Part shown: one piece after another, positions 33,716-42,689 of the stretch
Numbering within the stretch: position 1 is the stretch's first letter
Layout of the letters: every line of letters begins with the position of its first letter
Origin: Diplonema japonicum
Lineage: Eukaryota > Protista > Euglenozoa: Diplonemea
Length of the DNA: 64,000 nucleotides
Reading direction: 5' to 3'
Assembly (NCBI GenBank): GCA_964019335.1
Contig: OZ025753.1
Location: 186,001-250,000, forward strand
Position numbers and translations under genes: made by a program
The notes under the pieces: generated by a model
What the model was told of the DNA's origin: nothing
The model's input: the letters and a program-made list of their open reading frames with translations, nothing else
The model's database searches: none

Positions 33716-36700
33716 ATGACAAAACCCGGCTCGTCCGCCTCCTCGGAGGCGCCGACCGGGGGCTTCGGCCGCGAAGAGACGAGCGAGAAGGGGTGGGCAC
33801 ATCAGGTGCGTAAGTGGTACGACGGGCAGGTGAGGAGCTACGGTTTCCGCCTGCGTTCATGCGGTAACCAAGGAGGACAACTATTTCGCTGTCTCTCCTT
33901 TATCAGACACGGAGAGGTAAGCGCCGAAGCGACGATCCGCGAGTTGGTTGCGTCGGTGATGGAGTCGAACAAGGAGCTGTACGCGAGGTTCCTTGCCGTC
34001 AGGCTCGACTACGTCGCGAGCCTGAGGAAGTGGAATGCAAGGGGCGACGAAGTCGCCATCCTGGCTTACGCGGAGCGCATTGGCGCGCCCATTACACAGG
34101 TGATTGGCCACGCGCAGGGGGTGCCAGTCGGCTGGCTGGCCGAGATCGGGGGTGAATACTACGCCCTGAAGAAGGAAGACGCGGACGGCCCGGACGGCCT
34201 GTTGACGACCAACCCAGTCCTGGTACGGCCGGAGACCGCATCCCTCCCGGAGATGATCGCCGGGAAGGAACCCCTCCCACCGAAAACATTCGCGAACTTG
34301 AAGCTGCGCGAATTGGATTGGACATTCCCGATCATTACAGACATCATCGGTGTGACGGAAGGCTGCTGTGGTGTCATGCTAGTCGAGCAGGAAGACATGG
34401 CAGCGTGCGAATGGCACCTGTCGCACCACAAACCGGAGCACCTCACTCTCATCTCCCGCCTACCGCTACCGGCGATCCCTGGCAAGAAGCAACAAGTCGC
34501 GTTTGACCTTCCAGACCGCTCCGGCACGACGTCACTGACAGTTTGGATGTCACATATGGGTTGGTCCGATCTCGCCCCCATGGCAAGGCAGGCAGAAACC
34601 ATCAAGAAGAAGTGCACGACGCTGGTGCATCTCACGCTACACAAGAAGTCCTCGTTGGATGAGGCCAACAAAATGTTCACCACCTGGGTTGGAGGTAAGG
34701 GCTTCGACCTCTACAGGCCGAGGGTATACCCGGAGTGCGCGAAGACCACGGTCTGTGTGGCATCCAACAGAGCACCGGAGCTACTAGGTAGGAGTGGCAA
34801 GGACGGGATCACCGCAAGGTTGCCGATGGATGAGACCTCTGACAGCGTCGTGTGGCTGAAGAAGGTATGACACTCGAGATGGCCGTCTCGGTGGCACAGG
34901 TACCAGCAATACGCTGGGGTTGCGGTGGACCAGCGACAGCGGGTTGGTATTGTGGCGCCGGGTACAGCGGAGAACGAACTCCGGAAGAACCTCGAAGCCA
35001 AGGGTCTAGCGACTCCGCAGACGGAGGCTTGGTATCTGGAGAAGGTGCCACGCGACATGAGACCAACAGAGCTCAAGATGATGTTGGCTGCATGGGGGTG
35101 GACGGTCGAGGTGACTCGGTCATCCCTAAGAGGGTCGACCAAAGGTGGATGCTGCTAGCACAGAAGGAGCCACCGCCGCTGTTCGGTGGGATCGGATTGC
35201 TGAGGAAGAAGAACGAGCGCCGAATGGACGCCAAGATGGAGGAGGCCGACGCGGTGAAGGGCGACGTGACATCGAAGACTGTGGTAAACGAAAAACCGAA
35301 AAAGACGGCTGGGGCGAAGGCGAAGAACCCGAAAGCGAAAAACCCAAAGGCGAAAAACCCGAAGGCGAAGAAGGAGGGTGTCGGGATCGGCGGGACTGTG
35401 ACGTTCCAAGGTGGCACGACGAGCGCATGGAAACCCCAACAACCTTCGTTGTCGTCCCCGCAGCCTACACCACCGAACTGGGCGGACATGGTGAACGGCA
35501 TCATCGCGGAGGCACTGAAACCCATCGTCCAACAGATCCAGCAACTGCAGCAGGCCGTACAGCAGGTTACCGCTGCCAAAAAACCAGAACCGACCCCGCC
35601 CACCCAAGACCCGCTTGGAGCTACCGATGTGGTACAAAGGTTGATCGCGCAGGCAATGGCGCCTATGGTGCAACAGCTAGGCGCAACTCAACAACTTCTA
35701 CAACAACATCAACAAAAACAACAACATCAGAAGTGTGCAACAGGGAAGAGCACACATCGCCAAAGATGAGGACCCGTATCATGATCTTCCTCCCAATCAG
35801 TGTTCCCCTGCTCTGCTACCCCCCCTCAGTGTTTAGCATGAGCCCCTACTTCTCCCTTCCCCGAATATGCAACCAAAAACATGCATATTCAAACATCGCG
35901 ATGGAGGCACTCCTCAGGCTGTTAGCTGATGGTGATGTGCACCCCAACCCTGGCCCGCCGTGCAAGAAGATATCCCTCAAGGTGAAGACGACAGGATTAT
36001 GGAAGGACTTCTACGTTCCAGCGGGAGAACCTCAAGGCACGAAAGGTAGTGTTCCGCGTCCGCCCTTGACATCGATAGGTGCTGCGAAAACGTGCGACAC
36101 AGTGACGATAACATCGGTTAACGTTACTTCGTGGAACAACACATTCCACATCCTCAAGAAGGTAACAGCCAATATCCTGTGTGTTCAGGAGACGGCGCTG
36201 ACGGCTACGACACAATTCCAAGTGGCTACAACAATGAAGGGGATCGGGTATGACGCAGAGGCGTGTCATATTTGGGAAACCGCAACGTGGACTGATGCTG
36301 GACGGTGTTGAATCCCCAACCTTAGCGGAGAGGGGAGGCGTCGCCACATTATACCGTATTCCCGGCACCTGCATAGAACAGCAGTGTGATGTACGCACTT
36401 GGTGAAGGCAACAGGTGGTTACACGTAGTTAACCTGTACGCCGATGTTAATAAGTCGAAGGCTGGAGTCGCTGCTCGCGAAACCTTACTTTGCAATATCC
36501 TAAACCGATTGCGGATATCGCTAGGCCAGGTCCCGATCATTGTAGTTGGAGATATGAACACTACAATCGATGCATCTCCTACATTGCAACATGCGCTTAA
36601 CACGCACTGGGTGGACGCATCCGCGATGTTTGCAAAACATCAAGGGAGGGACCCAAGCCCCACCTACGTTACTGCCGTTGCAGCCACAAGACCCGACTAT

Positions 36701-37110
36701 ATCCATGAACCCCATAGCTGCTGCAGCGCTTGTGTCCTGTGTTACTGGAAGACATAGGCGTGCCGCCGCATCGAGCGCTAACTGTGACGCTGAAGTTACC
36801 AGCCATGCGGCAACTTGTACAGACAGAAATGTCCGAACACCGTCATCACGGGAACGCCTGCAGACCCACATTCGCATCGTAGGACAAGGTGCGCTTCATC
36901 CTCAAACAGCGACTCGCAACCGGTTCACCGGGGAGAGACGACTGGAGCGACAAGTTCGTGCCGACCTACCTCGAACCTACCCGAAGAATCCCCACCCCAT
37001 CTGCCGATAAAAATGCAGCGACGCAGAAGGGTAACAACACAAGATAGACCCCCCACCACGCTGCACACTTAACGCCAAATAGTGTTGCAACCAAAGCCCC
37101 ATTTTTTTTT
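33716..37110 (+). mobile_element. LINE family B, internally deleted (ORF1 with pseudo-OTU, 2A-like peptide, APE; RT missing)
   Basis: Frameshifted ORF1 33716-35769; ORF2 starts at 35766 (ATGA overlap); APE motifs TSVNV, LCVQET, NLYA, VGDMN, TRPDYI; 3' end TAGTGTTGCAACCAAAGCCCCA(T)n is repeated elsewhere in the window. Confidence 0.85.
35901..35957 (+). other. 2A-like (StopGo) peptide LLRLLADGDVHPNPG|P
   Basis: Matches GD(V/I)ExNPGP with E replaced by H; lies upstream of APE, as in other 2A-bearing LINEs. Confidence 0.75.
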
Positions 37111-37900
37111 GTCTGCCGCCCTCTCTCTCTTTTTTTTTCCCATCATTCTTTTCAGTAGGTAAAAGAAAAAAGAAGAAAAAGAGAAAAAAAAAGGGGGGTG
37201 GGGGAAGAAGGTTATGTTATGTTCTTTTTTTTTTTTTTTTTCAAGATTTCACATCAGTTCCCCAGAAAGAAATAAAACGAGATAAAAAGAAGAGCAAAAA
37301 GAATGCCTTTTTTTTTTTCTTCTATTCTTGTATCGCATCTCCTATTTTTTTTTTTTTAAAAACCGAGATTTAGGAAGACAACTTCTCGTCAAAGGGAAAA
37401 GTTGGTATGATAAAAAACAAAAAGAACACAAGAAAGAAAAGGGGGACGAAGATAATTGCCTACCATGGCCCCGCGTTCAAATTTTCCTCCCTGCCCCTGA
37501 AGCCGCCTTGTTATTGTAATTATATCAAAGAAGAAAACAAGAGTCGGCTGATTGTTTGTGCAAAGCCGTTTTCACCTGCAGTAGGGATAAACGGACAAGC
37601 TGCCTCTACTCTTTTTTGCAATAACAATTCTTTTCAAAAATTTGTTTACTTGTTCCAGCAAAAAAAGAAAAGCGGGGACAAGAAATAAAAAAGGAAAAGG
37701 GGTGCACACAAAAAAAAAAAAAGAAATTGCTTCTGGTGTCACCCTCGTCCAAAAAAAAAAAAAGAAAAAGAATTTTTTCTCCCTCTTTCTTTTTTTTTTA
37801 TTTATTTTTTTTTTTTTTTTTTTGCTGCCTTGAAAAAAAAAAAAAAACAAACAAACAAAAAAAAAAAAAAAGAAAACAACAAAAGAAGAAAAGAAAAAAA

Positions 37901-39082
37901 ATGAAAAAGAAGGTCCCGGCAAAGAAGCAACCAAGCTCCATACCGCAGTCACAGTCGAAAGGCAGTGCGGGAACGCTTCTGGGAGGCGCGCTGCTTTCTG
38001 TGGTGGTGATCGCGGCCGTTATCGGCGGCACACCTGTTAAATTGAAGAAAAAAGAAATAAACGAGCTGCTTCTCAGAGCCACCAAGGCCTCCAACGACGG
38101 GAACTTTGAAGAGGCAGACCGCATCACCACAATGGTGTACCCAAGCATGGAGAGGGAAAGCATGGGGCAGTGGGACGGAACAAATGGAATCGCGTCAAAC
38201 GTAACAGCAAAGCTCCACCCGTACCGCGTCCCGGTCTCCGACCCATCTGTCGAAATCTATAAAATCCCAAACATGCTCACCGAGTCCGACGCTGCCGACC
38301 TTAAGAAACTGTACAAAATTACCTATGATAATTATTTTCTGGAAGGCCCGATATGTTTGGACCACCAGTGGAACATTGAACCAGACTTCCTCCGGCCGAC
38401 ATGGTATTACAAGGATAAGATTGTTGATTCTGGTGTGTTGAAAGAATCGGATTTTATGAAAACGGACACGAGCGTCATGCAGTCGTGGTGCTTGAAACCC
38501 AAGGCCGCAACAAAGGAAAACATCATAAAATTAAAAGATTTTTTAAACGTTTCTCGATCGGTCATCGCGCACCGCGGTGTGTCCAAGGTCATTGACAGAG
38601 TTGAAAAGAAAATTTCCGATGCGACTGGACTTCCTTTGTCCAGAGCCTACTACGCGCAGCTATTGCAGTATGAGCCTGGAGAAGAGTACAATGTCCACAC
38701 CGACTGCACAATTAACAGACAGGGCACCATGTTCGATGACAGAGTTTTTACCACTTTGCTTTACTTATCAGAACCTGAGGGCGGCGAGACTGGTTTCCCC
38801 CTTCTTGGCCTCGACATCAAACCGAATTTTGGAGATTTAATAGTCTGGAAGAACACGGACGACCTAGGGCATTGCAACACCAAGACTGCTCACATTGCTC
38901 GCGCGGTGAAGTCAGGCGTAAAATACGCGTATCAGAAATGGTTTAGAATCAAGATGCAGGACCATACTTCTCCGGTGTTTAGCGGAGCCACCAACGGATT
39001 CAGCTGTGATAGAAACAATGCTTGCCGTGAGTATCTGCACATTCACAGATTGCCGAAGAAGGTTAAAAGTGCGGCGCCTTGA
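37901..39082 (+). CDS. Membrane-anchored prolyl 4-hydroxylase-like 2OG-Fe(II) oxygenase
   Basis: N-terminal TM; QLLQYEPGEEYNVHTD, TTLLYLSEPEGGETGFP, TAH..AVKSGVKY. Confidence 0.88.
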   Translation: MKKKVPAKKQPSSIPQSQSKGSAGTLLGGALLSVVVIAAVIGGTPVKLKKKEINELLLRATKASNDGNFEEADRITTMVYPSMERESMGQWDGTNGIASNVTAKLHPYRVPVSDPSVEIYKIPNMLTESDAADLKKLYKITYDNYFLEGPICLDHQWNIEPDFLRPTWYYKDKIVDSGVLKESDFMKTDTSVMQSWCLKPKAATKENIIKLKDFLNVSRSVIAHRGVSKVIDRVEKKISDATGLPLSRAYYAQLLQYEPGEEYNVHTDCTINRQGTMFDDRVFTTLLYLSEPEGGETGFPLLGLDIKPNFGDLIVWKNTDDLGHCNTKTAHIARAVKSGVKYAYQKWFRIKMQDHTSPVFSGATNGFSCDRNNACREYLHIHRLPKKVKSAAP

Positions 39083-39134
39083 TGATATTTTTTAGCTTCC
39101 CTGTTTTGGGCGTACTGGCCTCCTTTTTCATCCA

Positions 39135-39169
<35 letters not shown>

Positions 39170-40928
39170 CTTCTGACTGCCCCCCAATTATTATTATTTT
39201 TCTTTTTTTTTTTCTTTTTTTTTTTTTTTTTCCCCTTTTAACAATTTATGAAAGAAGTCTGGAAGTGGGGAGCCTTTGAACACAGAGAGTCCTTTCCGGG
39301 AGAGGAAAAAAAAAAGAATTTCTTTTTTTATATTTCCCTTTGAAACAAGAAAAAAGAAAAAAAAAAGAAAAAAAACAAATAATAATTGTAAAAATGAAAT
39401 ATTATTTTTGCCTAAAAAGAAGAAAAGAGTCGAGGTAGGCTTTTTGTTCTGCCTTGACCTTTTTTGCAGTCGGGTTAAACCCGACGTTGCACAAACAAAA
39501 GTATTTCTTTTGTGTGCGTGTGATTTCTCTTTTCTTTTTTTTTCTTTTTTCCTTTTTTTCTTTTTTTTGCGCATGCAGCAAAGAAGAGAGGCGTTGCTAT
39601 CGTGTAGATTTGCCACACTACGGATTTCTGTATTTTTCCAATTTTTTTTTTTTTTTACTCCTTCTCAGTCTATCATCCTTCAGTTAATCTTTTTTTCTTT
39701 TTTTGCTTTTGCTTTTTTTTTCCATCTTCTACTTCCCATCCCTCTCTTTTTTTCCTTCTTTTTTTTTTATATTTTTTTTTTTTTCGTACCAAACAAAAAA
39801 AAACAAAACATGGTACCCGAAAAGAACTATCGAAAAAAAAAAGTAGCTGTCATTCCTTGGTTTTTATTTTCACGACACTCTTCACCAATTTTTTTTTTTT
39901 TATATTCAGTTTCTAATGTGTTGATGACGAAAAAAAAACGAGAAAAAAAAAATTGGGAAAGAAATGAAAAACCTCGACATATTTCAAGAAGAGTGGAAAT
40001 ATGATAGCTGACTCCCTTTTTTTGTTCTCCTACGACTTGATTAAGATTTTCGAGTTTTTGATTTTTGAGTCAGAAGGGGGTGGGGTACATGACAGGTGTT
40101 GTAAAGAAATGAAAGATTGGGCGAAACGCTTCAAAAAAAAAAAAAAAAAAAAAAAAAAAAGGACCTTTCGTCTGTCCGCCAGCTCTTCTTTTTTTCCTTT
40201 TTTTTTTTTTTCCATGTTTACTGGTACAAAAGAAGCAAAAAGAAAAGTTTTCGGTAAGTTCCTGGTAATTGTGGTTTGGAGAAACACAAGCGAAAGGGAA
40301 ACTCTCGTTCTAAAGCCGTACACGTGGGGAAACCTGGAAGGGGGTGGAGAGCCCACCCTACGCGTGGCGCCAGTTAGCATCGCCCTCAACGGAGAGTCCC
40401 TTATCCCATTACATCGAACAAGGAGGTGGCTTCACCAGGTCAGAAGCAAGTAGCCTCCCCGCGGCATCGTGCCTCTCCAGTTGGTGTTTAATTGCTTCTG
40501 TGGCCAGCTTTCTTTACCTCTCCACTTTTCTACTTTCTACGGGACCACAGGGGACGTGGGAGGCTTCGGGGCGAAGTTTCACAAGGGTGGCCGCTGTGTC
40601 ACATACTGCATGGCACCACTAAAATCGAGACAACTCTTTTTTACAGAAGTCGTTGTTTTGGCAAACAAAAAGTCCAAAACAACAAAAAGACTTGCATTAC
40701 CGCAAACCCCACCTGTGAGGGATGGCATCAGATTTCTTAAAGCATCTTATTCCATTTTTTTTATCTGTTTAGGCATCTTTTATCGGCTTTTTTTTTTTTT
40801 TTTTTCTCCCTCTGACGGTACTGTGAAAAATGAAAAGATTCTAAGAAAATAAATTTGAAAAAAAAAAAAAAAAAGACGACATTATGAAATCTTTATTCCG
40901 ACAGCTTTTCGTTTTTTGTAATTTTCTT

Positions 40929-41150
40929 AACATGGAAATATAAGAAGTACATCAGATGTGTTGTTCGCTGTTGACCTCGGTAGCACCCGAGCAGATGCTC
41001 AGGGTGATGCACGCGTACATATAACAATCGATTGAAAGAAAAAGAACGCATACCAAGGGTGATGCGACGCGGAGCGCAGAAGCTACAGCTTGTTCATGGT
41101 TCGATGCACACTTAGCGCTACTTGGTGTTGCAAAATCCTATTTTTCTTTT
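40929..41150 (+). mobile_element. SINE-like fragment followed by a degenerate LINE-B 3' end
   Basis: AACATGGAAATATAAGAAGTACATCAGATGTGTTGTTCGCTGTTGACCTC; GCACACTTAGCGCTACTTGGTGTTGCAA. Confidence 0.6.
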
Positions 41151-41520
41151 CTTTTTTTTTTTTTTTTCCAATTTTTCTACATATTTCTTCTTCTTCTTTT
41201 TCTTTTTCCTCCCTCTCTTTTTTATCCCTCTCCCTCTCTCTCTCCCTTTTTTTTTTTTTTCTTCTTTTTTTTTTTTTTTTTTCGAGGGCCTGGTTGGGGT
41301 CCCATTCAACAAATCGCAAAAAGATTTTTAAAAAGAAAAGAGAAAGAAATCGTAAACCCCCCCCCCCCCCATACGTTCACCTTTAAAAAAGAAAAAAAAA
41401 ACCTCCCCTTTTTTTATTTTATTCCCCACCCCCCCGCCCATTTCTTTTTTTTCGATTGCATAAAAAACACGGGCTCTTGCAAAGTACGAAAACAGGGAAG
41501 GGGGGAAAAAAAAAAAAGGA

Positions 41521-42066
41521 ATGCCGTCTACTGTTTACGATTTTGATTTCGGCTGCGACATAAACGGCAACAAGGTAACGCGGGGAATGCTTGAAGGGAA
41601 GGTGTTGCTTATTGTGAACGTTGCCTCGCTTTGATACCTATCGAAGGCGCACTACAGCGCCTTCAGGGAGCTCACGGAGAGGTTCGGCGGCAGAGGGTTC
41701 CTCATCGTGGCCTTCCCCAGCAGGCAGTTCGGGGGACAGGAGAACTCCGACCCCAGCAGCATACGCGACTTTGCAGCTTCTTATAAGTACGACGGCTTGA
41801 TGATGCACCTGACCAAGATCATCAGACACTACCATTGCTTCCCATGCCCCCCTTGCATATGCTGTTGTGTAAGAAACAACATACATCCTCTCTGGGCCCA
41901 TTTACAGGGCTCTCAAAGGGTCGTGTGGAATTTCGAGAAATTTTTAATTTCACGCCGGGGCACGCTTCTGACCAGAATGCTCCCCAACGAAGGTGTGCAC
42001 AAAGCAGATAAATGCGCCACAAATGTCCTACTGGAAGCGATTGAAAAAGCATTAACCACTGGTTAA
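41521..42066 (+). CDS. GPX: Glutathione peroxidase family protein, probable selenoprotein (TGA at 41632-41634 = Sec38)
   Basis: MPSTVYDF..GKVLLIVNVASL-TGA-Y..AFPSRQFGGQE..HPLW..WNFEKFLI; the single in-frame TGA sits exactly at the catalytic Cys/Sec position. Confidence 0.9.
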
Positions 42067-42689
42067 AGAAGAAAAAAAAAAAAAAAGAAATAAATAAATA
42101 AAACAAAGTGAAGTGCCTTTTTTTAGTCCCAGTGCCTTTAAAGGAAACAACAAAGAGAATGCACCTTTTTTTTTTTTTAAAAAAAAAAAGAAGAAAAAAG
42201 AAAAAGGAAAAAAAAGAATGTGTGTTTTTTTTTTCCCTTGGCAGGGATCTCGGGGAGGGGCAGGGGGGTTTAAATTCTTTTTTTTTATATATATGAAGAA
42301 TATACACAACAACGTAAGAATCCTGACGACCCACCCCCGAGGGCATGGAAAGGTTTTAAAAAGAAAGAAAAAAGAAAACGAAAAAAGAAAAAAAAAAGCA
42401 AAGAGATTATTTAAAAGAAAGCAACGAAAAGAAATGCCACCCCCCCCCCCCCTCCCCCTTACGTCTTTGAGAGTGATGTGTCTTTCTCTTTTTACCAGTG
42501 CCTTTAAAGGAAAAACAATGAGACACCAAAAAAGGTGTTTTTCTTTTTTTAGGTCAAAGTTGTGCACACAAAGAAAAAAAAGGAGAAGATAAAAAAGAAG
42601 TTTTTTTTTTGTTTTTTTTTTTCTTATCACACAGCGACGCCTATTCACATTTCACTCAGGGAAAGATAAGGGGGGCGGGAAAGTGTGTC

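Noticed and set aside
39079-40300. Poly-Phe/poly-Lys ORFs here and in other spacers, and the long N-terminal extensions in the ORF track (453, 37727, 45487, 58353)
   Set aside because: Artefacts of homopolymer tracts lacking stop codons; no coding-like composition.
41632-41634. Genome-wide TGA reassignment
   Set aside because: TGA acts as a normal stop for the genes ending at 11048, 39082 and 47301; the in-frame TGA appears only at the GPx catalytic site.
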